Below are positions 11,769 to 20,847 of a stretch of DNA of 38,063 bases, in pieces. Source of the stretch: an uncultured Akkermansia sp. (GTDB lineage Bacteria; Verrucomicrobiota; Verrucomicrobiia; Opitutales; Opitutaceae); NCBI GenBank assembly GCA_966212385.1, contig CBIHRE010000001.1:1-38063 (forward strand), written 5' to 3'. Position numbers and translations under genes: made by a program. Every line of letters begins with the position of its first letter. The stretch's first letter is position 1. The notes under the pieces are model-generated. The model saw only the letters and a program-made list of their open reading frames with translations. It did not search any database and had not been told where the DNA came from.

Positions 11769-13937
11769 GTGCAACCCGCCCCAGACCTATCCTCCAGTGC
11801 ATCGTCCGCCAAAGGGCCTCTCGCATCCGAAAAAGGTCGGCTGGCAGACATCCGGTATTGGATCGTCGCGATCGCGATTTGCGCAGTAGCGGGCGCGCTT
11901 ACCGCAAAGCCGGCCATTTACCTCACAGAACGCATCTTGCCCATCCTCATCGATGAAGGTGGCAAGGCTGCGTTTTGGCTCGTGGATCTCCCGCGGCAAT
12001 TGATGTCCGACGGATTTTTTCGCGCGGCGCTTTTCCTCGCGACCGTATACTTCGTCTTGGGCGCGGTCGCGGGCCTCGCGTGGTCGGGCTTGGGCGCCTT
12101 TCTGGTGAAGAGGTCGGGGCGTTACCGCCGCCATTTGCATCATCTGGCCCGCGCGAAATTACCCCTCACCGGCGGGATCTTTTCCGCACTGCTGTTCGCC
12201 GCCGCGACCGGCGCAGGCCTGCCGATGGCCATGAAATTTCTTCTGCCGATTTTCTTTCACAACCAGGAGAAAATAAATCCCAAGGTGGTCGCTCTCTCGC
12301 AGGAGATTTTTGGCGCCGGCTACATGGAGAGCCTTCTGCGCCTGGCGTGCTTCGGTCTTCCGCTGGTCTTTGTCGTGCGCGGCATAGCGGCGGTCGCGAA
12401 CAAATATCTGATAAATCTGGCCGGCTTCACCGTGCTCGAAAGCATCCGCTCGGAAGCCTTCGACCGTCTGCTGCGCCTTCCGCTCGCGTTCTATCACCGA
12501 AACAAGGCGGGCGACCTCCAAACCCGCTTGATGGGTGACACGGAAAAAATGCGAACCGTGGTGGTGAGCGTAGGCGGCGAGATCCTGACCCAGCCGCTCA
12601 CGCTGATGTTTTCACTCAGCGCCTTGGCCTACCTCTGCATCACGGAAAAAAGCGCGCTGTTCGCCCTTATCGCGATGTTGAGCGTGCCCTTTTGCATTAT
12701 CCCGATCCGAATCGCCTCCAAACAACTCGTCCGGCGGTCCCGGCAACTGGCGGAAAAAGGCGGCGAGCTCGGCTCGGCCACGGTCGAAACGCTGCATTCG
12801 CCTCTGGAGATCCAGGCCTACAACCTGCAATCACGCCAGCAGAGCCGGTTCGCGGCCACCATCCGGGAGATCTTCAAGCTCAGCATGAAGACGGTGAAAT
12901 ACCAGGCCTTCGTCACCCCCTCGATCGAGGTGGTTTCCGTGTGCGGCTTCGTGGCGGCCCTCTACTTCGGCACGCGCAAGGGCATGACCTACGAGACCTT
13001 CAGCGCCCTCGCCCTCGCGCTATACATGTCCTACGAGCCGGTGAAAAAACTCAGCGGCATCCACGCCACCATCAAGACGGGCGAGGCCTCGCTGGATCGT
13101 CTCGAATACATCCTCGACGCCGAAGATTCGGTGCCCTCCCCCGCCAAGCCCCGGCCCATCCCCGAAGGCGCGCTCGATCTGCGCTTCGAGAACGTCCGCT
13201 TCGCCTACGCCACGCGCCCCGGCGAGTTGGACAGCCCGGGCAGGCAAGCCGCCCTTCAAGAGCTCAACCTCCACGCGGCTCCCGGCGAAACGATCGCCCT
13301 CGTCGGCGCCAGCGGCGCCGGCAAATCCACCTTCGTGACGCTCATCCCGCGCTTCTACGATCCCAGCGCGGGCCGGGTCACCCTGGGCGGAATCGACCTG
13401 CGCGAATTCGACAAAGCCGCCCTGCGCGACCGCGTGGCGGTCGTTCCGCAGCAACCGCTTCTCTTCAACGCCAGCTTCGCGGACAACATCCGCATGGGCC
13501 GTCTGACCGCCACGGACGCCGAGGTGGAACAGGCCGCGCGCCGCGCCCACGTGCACGACTTCATCGTCGCCCAGCCGCAAGGCTACGCGACGATGGTGGG
13601 CGAGCGCGGCAACACCCTCTCCGGAGGCCAGCGCCAACGCATCGCCATCGCCCGCGCCTTTCTCAAGGACGCGCCCATCCTCATCCTCGACGAAGCCACT
13701 TCGGCGCTCGATTCCGAAAGCGAGGCCGCGATCCAGGAAGCCCTCCGCGAACTCGTGAAAGGCCGCCTCACGTTCATGATCGCGCATCGCTTCAGCTCCA
13801 TCCGCCACGCGACGCGCATCCTCGTCTTCGACAAAGGCCGCGTTGTCGCCGACGGCCCTCACGACAGCCTCTACGTTTCCAGCCCCGTCTACCGCGAGCT
13901 CTACGACCGGCAAATGCTCGGCGGAGACAAAAGCTGA
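11769..13937 (+). CDS. MsbA-like ABC exporter (fused TMD-NBD) with extra N-terminal hydrophobic segments; start uncertain
   Basis: Walker A GASGAGKST, signature [17 protein letters not shown], Walker B ILILDEATSALD, IAHR; six-TM-type membrane domain; first gene of a glycosyltransferase operon. Confidence 0.88.
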   Translation: MQPAPDLSSSASSAKGPLASEKGRLADIRYWIVAIAICAVAGALTAKPAIYLTERILPILIDEGGKAAFWLVDLPRQLMSDGFFRAALFLATVYFVLGAVAGLAWSGLGAFLVKRSGRYRRHLHHLARAKLPLTGGIFSALLFAAATGAGLPMAMKFLLPIFFHNQEKINPKVVALSQEIFGAGYMESLLRLACFGLPLVFVVRGIAAVANKYLINLAGFTVLESIRSEAFDRLLRLPLAFYHRNKAGDLQTRLMGDTEKMRTVVVSVGGEILTQPLTLMFSLSALAYLCITEKSALFALIAMLSVPFCIIPIRIASKQLVRRSRQLAEKGGELGSATVETLHSPLEIQAYNLQSRQQSRFAATIREIFKLSMKTVKYQAFVTPSIEVVSVCGFVAALYFGTRKGMTYETFSALALALYMSYEPVKKLSGIHATIKTGEASLDRLEYILDAEDSVPSPAKPRPIPEGALDLRFENVRFAYATRPGELDSPGRQAALQELNLHAAPGETIALVGASGAGKSTFVTLIPRFYDPSAGRVTLGGIDLREFDKAALRDRVAVVPQQPLLFNASFADNIRMGRLTATDAEVEQAARRAHVHDFIVAQPQGYATMVGERGNTLSGGQRQRIAIARAFLKDAPILILDEATSALDSESEAAIQEALRELVKGRLTFMIAHRFSSIRHATRILVFDKGRVVADGPHDSLYVSSPVYRELYDRQMLGGDKS

Positions 13938-13956
13938 GTCGCCGCTTCCGCCACGC

Positions 13957-14949
13957 ATGCCCGCAGCCCCTCGTGTCGCCATCCTTGAAAAACAAGGTGG
14001 CGTGCTGTCCTGGCATCACGATCTGGAGGCGGGTTTCCGCGCGCGAGGCGCGGACGTGTTTTCCATCCAGCTCCGCCCTCAGGCGTGGAACGAATACCGG
14101 GCCAAGTGGCGCACGCGCCTGCCCGCGCTTGAGAATCCCGCCGTGCTCGCGCGCGTCGCCGCCCAACTGCGCGACGCCCGCCCAGACCTCGTCGTCATCC
14201 TCAAGCAGCCCGGACTCCCCGCCCCCGCCCTCGACGCCTGGCGCTCCACGGCGCCACGAGCGCCCTTTGTCGCGTGGATTTGCGACCACCTGCCCGCTTG
14301 GCCGGCGGCACTCGTTCCCGGGCTCGACGGCGTCTATCATTTCGATTCGGCCACGCGACCGATGCTCGAAAGCGCGCACGCGGGTCTGAAAACCCGCCTT
14401 ATTCACCTTCCGCTCGCGGCCGATCCTTCCCGTTACCCCGCGCACGAAGTTCCCTTTGATCGGCGCCACCCCGCCCTCGTTTTCGCGGGCAAGAATTCAG
14501 CCGTGCGCAAACGCCAGCTCGAGGGCTATCGCGCTCTTGGCGGCCGCGTCGAAGCCTACGGTCCGCTCGCCGACGCAGGCTGGCGTTTCTGGCGCCGACG
14601 CCACCTCGACGCCCCTCGCCTCGCATGGCTATATTCCAGCCACTTCGCCGTGCTCAACCTGCTCCAGTCGCCCAACACCCTTCACGGCCTCAATCTCCGC
14701 GCCTTTGAGGCCGCGGCCGCCGGAGGCCTCGGCACCTACCCGCTCGTGCCCGATCTCGCCGATGCCTTTATCCCCGGCGAAGAGATTCTCGCCTACCGAG
14801 ATCTCGCCGACTTGAAGTCGCAAATCGACGCCCTCCACCGCGATCCCGTGCGGGCCGCCGCCATCGCCGCCGCCGGTCGCGCCCGGGTGCTGCGCGAACA
14901 CACCTTCGCCCATCGCGCCGCCCGCCTCGTCGCCGACTGGCTCGGCTAA
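13957..14949 (+). CDS. Glycosyltransferase, CgeB/Glyco_trans_1_2-like (GT-B fold)
   Basis: RPDLVVIL, AWICDH, HLPLAADP, LVFAG..R, NLRAFEAAAAGG, F.PGEEILAY, GRARVLREHTFAHRA. Confidence 0.85.
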   Translation: MPAAPRVAILEKQGGVLSWHHDLEAGFRARGADVFSIQLRPQAWNEYRAKWRTRLPALENPAVLARVAAQLRDARPDLVVILKQPGLPAPALDAWRSTAPRAPFVAWICDHLPAWPAALVPGLDGVYHFDSATRPMLESAHAGLKTRLIHLPLAADPSRYPAHEVPFDRRHPALVFAGKNSAVRKRQLEGYRALGGRVEAYGPLADAGWRFWRRRHLDAPRLAWLYSSHFAVLNLLQSPNTLHGLNLRAFEAAAAGGLGTYPLVPDLADAFIPGEEILAYRDLADLKSQIDALHRDPVRAAAIAAAGRARVLREHTFAHRAARLVADWLG

Positions 14950-14968
14950 GTCCCTCGCACCGCTTCCC

Positions 14969-16015
14969 ATGCAGTCCTCCGAACGCATTCGAGTGAAGTT
15001 TATCACCCGGATAAAGCTGCCCGATCGAAACCTCGGGCACGATTTTCTCCGGCGTTTCCCCGGTGGCGTTCCCTCGTTCGGGCGCTGCGACTTCATCTTC
15101 GACCGCGCCGCCCGCTCCTACGACTGGCTCGTCGTCTACGACGGCCTCGGCAAAGGGCTGCCGCCCGAGCCCCTCGCCTGCCCGCCGAAAAACACCCTCC
15201 TTCTCACCGGCGAGCCCTCCTCGATCACCGTCTACGGCAGGGCCTTCCCCAAACAATTCGGACACGTGCTCACGAGCCAGGAACCGTGGGCCCTTGCGCA
15301 TCCCGGCGTCATCCGCCGCCAGGCCGGTCTTTTCTGGTATTATGGCGGCACCGACAAACGCGGCAGCTTCGACGCTCTCGCCTCCGCCCTTCCGCCCGAG
15401 AAAACCAAGCTCATCTCCACCGTGTGCTCCACCAAGGCGATGAAGCACACCTTGCACTCGCTCCGGCTCGAGTTCACCCGCCGGATCAAAACCGAGATAC
15501 CCGAGCTCGACGTCTTCGGCTACGGAATGGGCAAGCTCGACGACAAAGCCGACGCGCTCGACGCCTACAAATACCACATAGCGATCGAGAACCACTCCTG
15601 CGACCACCACTGGACCGAAAAGCTCGCCGACGCCTACCTCGGCTTTTGCCTCCCGCTCTATTTCGGCTGCACCAATCTCGACGCCTACTTCCCCCGCGAG
15701 AGCTACATCTGGATCGACATCCGCGACCACGCCCGCGCCCGCGCCGAGATCAAGCGCGTCCTCCGCTCCGACGAATACGAACGCCGCCTCCCCGCCATCC
15801 TCGAGGCCCGCCGCCGCGTTTTGCACGACTACGCAACCTTCCCGCAACTCGCCCGTCTCATCGAGGAACGCCACGATCCCGCTCTCCAAAACACTCAACC
15901 CGGACTGATTCTCCGCGGGCGCCGCGCCCTGCGAATCCGCCATCCCTTCAGCACGCTCCTTGACCTTATCGAAAAAGGAATGCGTAAAGCCTCCCCCCGC
16001 CGTATCGGCTCATGA
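14969..16015 (+). CDS. GT10 family (alpha-1,3/1,4-fucosyltransferase-like) glycosyltransferase
   Basis: Conserved GT10 motif YKYHIAIENHSCDHHWTEKLADAYLGFCLPLYFG; N-terminal TGEP. Confidence 0.88.
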   Translation: MQSSERIRVKFITRIKLPDRNLGHDFLRRFPGGVPSFGRCDFIFDRAARSYDWLVVYDGLGKGLPPEPLACPPKNTLLLTGEPSSITVYGRAFPKQFGHVLTSQEPWALAHPGVIRRQAGLFWYYGGTDKRGSFDALASALPPEKTKLISTVCSTKAMKHTLHSLRLEFTRRIKTEIPELDVFGYGMGKLDDKADALDAYKYHIAIENHSCDHHWTEKLADAYLGFCLPLYFGCTNLDAYFPRESYIWIDIRDHARARAEIKRVLRSDEYERRLPAILEARRRVLHDYATFPQLARLIEERHDPALQNTQPGLILRGRRALRIRHPFSTLLDLIEKGMRKASPRRIGS

Positions 16016-16926
16016 CTTTCAGCGTTCTGATCAATAACTACAACTACAGCCGATTCCTCCCCGAAACGATTGCCGGAATCGCCGCCCAGACACGATGTCC
16101 GGACGAGGTCATAGTCGTCGACGACGGCTCCACCGACGACTCGCTGGCCGTCCTCGCCGAGCTGCAACGGCGCTACTCCTGGCTTCGCGTCCACACCCAG
16201 CCCAACGGCGGCCAGCTCGTCGCCATGCGGACCGGCATCCGGCTCGCGAAAAGCGACTGGTGCTTCTTCCTCGACGCCGACGACATCTGGGAGCCCAACC
16301 ACCTCGCCGAAGCCGAAAAATCTATTTCCGCCAATCCCGACACCGCCGCCTACTACTCCGGACATCAGGAGACCGAAGGCCCGCCGCTCTACCGGAGCAA
16401 ATGGCCGGCAGGCCCCGTCGGACCGCTCTCGCGCCTCGTCGCCGCCACCGGCGTGCGGATCGGCACGATCACCTCCGCCATCGGGCTTCGGCGCGAGACC
16501 GCCCTCGTCGCCGTCGACCTCCCCCCCGCCTTCGATCTCGACTGGCGCGTGCGCGCCGACGATGTGCTCCTCTACGGCGCGACCTTCTCCGGCGCCGTCT
16601 TCTTCTACAACCCCGCGCCTACGGTCCGCTACCGCATCCACGGCGCCAACGCCTTCGCGAACAAAAACACCCCCGAGCGCGAGCGCCTCTACCTCGAGCA
16701 CAAAGGCCGCCTCTTCGCCGCCTATAGAAAGCGCTTCGATCTCGACGATATCGACAACCCCGCCCGCCTCCGCGACGAGCTGACCAAGGTGGCTCGCAAC
16801 CGCCTCAGCCCCGAGGCGCGGCGCCGCTACCGGCGCGCCATCCGCCGGCTCGACGCGCCCTATTTCTCGCGGCTCTTCGCCTTCCTCACCACCTATTTCC
16901 CCGCGCCGGCGCCCCGTTCCCGATGA
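16012..16926 (+). CDS. GT2 family glycosyltransferase
   Basis: FSVLINNYNY, VIVVDDGSTD, NGGQ, FLDADD, YRIHGAN; ATGA overlap with the upstream gene. Confidence 0.93.
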   Translation: MTFSVLINNYNYSRFLPETIAGIAAQTRCPDEVIVVDDGSTDDSLAVLAELQRRYSWLRVHTQPNGGQLVAMRTGIRLAKSDWCFFLDADDIWEPNHLAEAEKSISANPDTAAYYSGHQETEGPPLYRSKWPAGPVGPLSRLVAATGVRIGTITSAIGLRRETALVAVDLPPAFDLDWRVRADDVLLYGATFSGAVFFYNPAPTVRYRIHGANAFANKNTPERERLYLEHKGRLFAAYRKRFDLDDIDNPARLRDELTKVARNRLSPEARRRYRRAIRRLDAPYFSRLFAFLTTYFPAPAPRSR

Positions 16927-17828
16927 AATTCAGCGTATTGATTAATAACTACAACTACGCCCGATTTCTCCCCGAGACGATCGCCTCGGTGGCCGCGCAG
17001 TCGCTCCCCGCGCACGAGATCATCGTGGTCGACGACGGCTCCCGCGACGACTCCCTGCGCGTTCTCGAGACGCTTCGCGCCTCGACGCCAAACCTCCGCG
17101 TCCACGCCCAGGCCAACGGAGGCCAGCTCTCGGCTCTCCGCTCGGGCGTGGAGCTCGCGACCGGCGACTGGTGCGCCTTTCTCGACGCCGACGACCTCTG
17201 GCGCCCCGACCACCTCGCCGAGGCCGCCCGCGTCCTCGCCGCCAATCCCGAGGCGGGGGTCTATTCCGCCGAGCACAAGGAGACCGAGGGCGCCCCGATC
17301 GGCCACCCGCCCTGGCCCGAAGGCCTTCTCGGCCCCTGCGCCGGCATGGTCGCCGCCAGTTGCGTGCGCCCGGGCAGCCTCACCTCGGCCATGATCGTCC
17401 GCCGCGACTTCGCGCGCATGGCCTTCTCGCTGGATCGAAGCTTCGACGCCGACTGGATCACCCGCGCCGACGACTGCCTGGTCTACGGCCCCGCCGTCGC
17501 CGGCGCCGTGTTTTATCACGGCAAAAAAGTCACGGTCGACTATCGCATCCACGGCTCCAACGCCTACGCCGTCCAAAATCTCTCCACCTATCAGACCTAC
17601 CTCTACGAGCTTCGCCGCTGGCGGCTCGTCAAAGGCTACGCCGCCCGCTTCGGCGTCGCGGACGACCTGCTTTTCGACCTCATCCTCCGCGAGCTGGAGG
17701 AGTTTCCGGCCAACCGCTCGAACAAACACGTGTTCAAGCACTTCGTCCGGGCCCTGCGCCGCGCCCCCGCTCCCTGGCTACGCCGCTGGCGGACGCGCAA
17801 GCGCCTAAGTGCCCTCGCCCCCCGCTGA
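16923..17828 (+). CDS. GT2 family glycosyltransferase (paralog of the preceding gene)
   Basis: FSVLINNYNY, IIVVDDGSRD, NGGQ, FLDADD, YRIHGSN; ATGA overlap. Confidence 0.93.
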   Translation: MKFSVLINNYNYARFLPETIASVAAQSLPAHEIIVVDDGSRDDSLRVLETLRASTPNLRVHAQANGGQLSALRSGVELATGDWCAFLDADDLWRPDHLAEAARVLAANPEAGVYSAEHKETEGAPIGHPPWPEGLLGPCAGMVAASCVRPGSLTSAMIVRRDFARMAFSLDRSFDADWITRADDCLVYGPAVAGAVFYHGKKVTVDYRIHGSNAYAVQNLSTYQTYLYELRRWRLVKGYAARFGVADDLLFDLILRELEEFPANRSNKHVFKHFVRALRRAPAPWLRRWRTRKRLSALAPR

Positions 17829-19022
17829 AAGCAGCCCGGCCAGCGCTTCGTTCAAACGAGCCACCGAGTGCCGCTCGCGATACTCGGCCCAGCGCGGCTT
17901 GTTCTTTTCGCGCCAGCCCGGAAGGTCGTCGACGATGCGCCTGATCGCGCGCAAAGCCGCCTCCGCGTCGCCTTGGGGCACCACCTCGCCGAGGCGATAT
18001 TCCCGCACGCGCGCCGCCATGAGATGGCCGTCGCTCACGATGATCGGCTTCTCGAAGACAGCCGCCTTGGTCAGCGTGTTGCTGCTATGCGGAAAATCGA
18101 CGTAGGCCGCGAACAACACGTCGCAGGCCTGCACCAGCGAGTTGTAGGCACGCTCGTCCGGCACGCGCTCGCCGTGGTAAATCACCGCGGGCCCCTCGCT
18201 CACCGCGCGGACGAACAAGGCCCGCTGCTCGGCGTTGAACACCGGCCAGATCACTCCGCCCGCAAATAGAAACGCGAGATCCCGCGCATCCGGACGCAAG
18301 GCAAGTTCCGCCATCGTGAGGCAACCTTTGCTCGGTTGCAGATGCCCAAGCGAGGCGACCAAGGGTCGCTCGCCCGCGAAACCGCGATAACGACGCCCCA
18401 GCGGATGCCCCGAGCCATCCGTGTCGTCCGCAAAATCGGGCGCGAGCCAGACCGGCCTCCCCGTGTGGGAGCGGACGCGCTCGGCCGCCCCTTCGTCCAG
18501 CATCAGCAAACCGCGCATCCGTTCATTCGCGAAAAGCCGCGTGATCGGGAAATCCTTATGGGAGCCCATCGGCGGCCGCGTCGGGTCGTGGAACCAATGG
18601 GCTTGAAGATACATTCCGGTCCACGGCAGGCCCAGCCCGCGCACGACCGACAGCGCCGTCTGCACCTGGCTGTCGTAGATGCACGCGAGAAACACCTGCC
18701 GGCAAGGGCGTCCCAAGCTTCGCTCCAAGCCGCCCAACGCGCCGCGCACCGCGCGTCCGTGCCGGCGCGCCCGCAGCCAGTTGGCCAGGGCCTTTTTCTT
18801 GCTGCGAAAAACGACCTTCGGGATCGCGCCTACGGCGAGCAGCCCCGGCGGCGTGCGTTCGCGAAGTTCGCCCAGCACCGACGGATTGACGCACAAGACC
18901 GCCACCGGCCGCCCGAGGCGCAAAATCGCCTCCACGTAGATGCGCAGATGCGTGTCGTGGTGCCCGCCTTCGTTCCACTCGAGCACCGCGACCGCGCCGG
19001 CGGACAGCGCCGGCCCGCTCAT
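17805..19022 (-). CDS. GT-B fold (GT4-like) glycosyltransferase
   Basis: GGHHDTHL N-terminal motif, LGHLQPSKG, ACDVLFAAY, SSNTLTKAAVFEKPIIVSD, YRLGEVV. Confidence 0.8.
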   Translation of the reverse strand: MSGPALSAGAVAVLEWNEGGHHDTHLRIYVEAILRLGRPVAVLCVNPSVLGELRERTPPGLLAVGAIPKVVFRSKKKALANWLRARRHGRAVRGALGGLERSLGRPCRQVFLACIYDSQVQTALSVVRGLGLPWTGMYLQAHWFHDPTRPPMGSHKDFPITRLFANERMRGLLMLDEGAAERVRSHTGRPVWLAPDFADDTDGSGHPLGRRYRGFAGERPLVASLGHLQPSKGCLTMAELALRPDARDLAFLFAGGVIWPVFNAEQRALFVRAVSEGPAVIYHGERVPDERAYNSLVQACDVLFAAYVDFPHSSNTLTKAAVFEKPIIVSDGHLMAARVREYRLGEVVPQGDAEAALRAIRRIVDDLPGWREKNKPRWAEYRERHSVARLNEALAGLLSAGGEGT

Positions 19023-20032
19023 GCTTTGATCTCCGGAGCCTCGGTGCCGAAGATCCGGCGGGAAAGATCACGGACCTCCGGATTGCCGCAGAGCTCGCGC
19101 ATCAGGGGATGGTTCTCGTAGCCACGCCAGCGCTCGCTCACCTTCATGTCCTGGGCCTTGCCGGTTTTTCCACGGCCCTCGAAAGAGCTGCCGCCGCCAA
19201 AGTCCGCCACCAGGTTCAAGCCGGCGTCGGTGGGCGCGACGCCCAGCTTTGACGCAAGCTCGGCTCGGTAGGGCTGCTCGGCGAACCAACGGGAATACAG
19301 CACCGGAACGAGTTCGCCGTGCGCGCCCAGCAACTGCGTCGCCCCCGTCATCTCGCGGGCGTAATCGAGCCAGGTCGCCTGAAACTGCTCGGGCGGCACC
19401 GGCCGCGGCGGAGCGAGCGGCAGCAACTTCAACACGCTCGCCAACTGGTTCCACGGATCGCGCAGCAGAAGCAGGATCACCGACCGCCGGGAAGGAAACA
19501 TTCCATGCTTCGCCAGCCAAGGCGCGTAGTCCTCCGCCTTCCATCGCGGATAAACCTCCGCGAACTCCCGCGGAGTGATGTTTTCCAAAACGAAAAGGTT
19601 GGCGCCGACCGGCGGGATGCCGTCCGAGCCGTCGAACGGAAACGCGGGTTTGCGCAAGGCGCCGCCCGCTTGGCGATGCCGCCGGTATTTCCGCATCACG
19701 CTCGCCGCGAGCGGCGACAACCAAGACGGGGCGGACTTCAAATAAAGCTCCGCCGTGTCCCGGACGAATTGCTCGAACAAAGCCGGCGCCTCGTGCTGCA
19801 TGATCGCCTCCGAAGTCCGCCCGCCATGGGTGAAATAGTAGCGCGTCGGCTGCCCAGCGAGAGGGTCCAGCCCCTTGGCAGGCAGAAACACCGGGTCGTT
19901 GATCAACCGGGTCATTCCCTGCAAGTGCGGCAAAAGCCACGAGACGACCCCGTGAATGCCCGATCTCCGCATTCCAATTAAGAAAATATCCACGTCGGAC
20001 GCCAGCGGAGCGGAGGAGGAGGGTTGAAGCAT
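19019..20032 (-). CDS. Sulfotransferase-like (P-loop fold) protein
   Basis: IGMRRSGIHGVVSWL resembles the 5'-PSB loop and LLRDPWNQLAS the 3'-PB motif; ATGA coupling with the downstream GT gene. Confidence 0.65.
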   Translation of the reverse strand: MLQPSSSAPLASDVDIFLIGMRRSGIHGVVSWLLPHLQGMTRLINDPVFLPAKGLDPLAGQPTRYYFTHGGRTSEAIMQHEAPALFEQFVRDTAELYLKSAPSWLSPLAASVMRKYRRHRQAGGALRKPAFPFDGSDGIPPVGANLFVLENITPREFAEVYPRWKAEDYAPWLAKHGMFPSRRSVILLLLRDPWNQLASVLKLLPLAPPRPVPPEQFQATWLDYAREMTGATQLLGAHGELVPVLYSRWFAEQPYRAELASKLGVAPTDAGLNLVADFGGGSSFEGRGKTGKAQDMKVSERWRGYENHPLMRELCGNPEVRDLSRRIFGTEAPEIKA

Positions 20033-20186
20033 GAAAAAGCCAAGGCCTTACGGCGGGCCCGCCGGCTCGGCAATTTTTTAGTTTCCCTCGACCGCCAACC
20101 AAGCCCGTCTTGCCGCCACCGCGACCGTCCCCCAGACCGGAAACACGCCGACCAGCCCTCGCGCCTCCCCTCTTTCCCGCCGACCA

Positions 20187-20810
20187 ATGCCGCAACCTTC
20201 AGCCAGTCTCGTCCCGATCGGCCAGGATTGCACCATCTCGCATCGGCTGCGCGCCCGCGGCCTGCGCGCCACCGCCCTCCCCTTCGATTGGAACGTCACC
20301 CCTCTGGCCTCGGCGGTGGCGCTTCTCGAGGATGATTTCGCCACCTTTCTCTTACCGGACTCGCTCGTCTACCTGCCGCCCGTCCCCCGTATGCTTTTCG
20401 ACGAAAGCAACGGAGCCCTGAAAATCTCCAACGAGATCATCACCCCGGTGTTGTGCCGGCGTCACGGGATACTTTTTCCGCACGACTTTTCCGCACGAGG
20501 CCGGGACGAATTCGACGCGGTCCGCGAGAAATACCAACGCCGGATCGAACGGCTTCGTGCCCTGCTCGCCAGTGACGCGCCGATCCGTTTCCTCGCCCAC
20601 TCCACCCGGCTCCACGATTGGCAGCACGAACAATACCGGCTCGCCGCCCATCCGGCCCCGACGACCGAGCTCGATGCCTTGAACGACCTTTTCGCGCGTC
20701 TCCAGAAACGCTGGCCCCGCGCGCGCTGCCAAACCCTGGCGGACTTCGAGGCCGAGCTTGATCGCCCTTCGCTCTGGCGACGTGTGAAACGATTCCTGCG
20801 CCGCCGATAG
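20187..20810 (+). CDS. DUF1796-like putative papain-like cysteine peptidase
   Basis: PIGQDC...LR..ALPFDW, FPHDF and KYQRRIERL match the DUF1796 pattern as I recall it. Confidence 0.75.
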   Translation: MPQPSASLVPIGQDCTISHRLRARGLRATALPFDWNVTPLASAVALLEDDFATFLLPDSLVYLPPVPRMLFDESNGALKISNEIITPVLCRRHGILFPHDFSARGRDEFDAVREKYQRRIERLRALLASDAPIRFLAHSTRLHDWQHEQYRLAAHPAPTTELDALNDLFARLQKRWPRARCQTLADFEAELDRPSLWRRVKRFLRRR

Positions 20811-20847
20811 GTGCTTATCGGAAGCTCTCGCCCGAAGCGCCTCCCGA

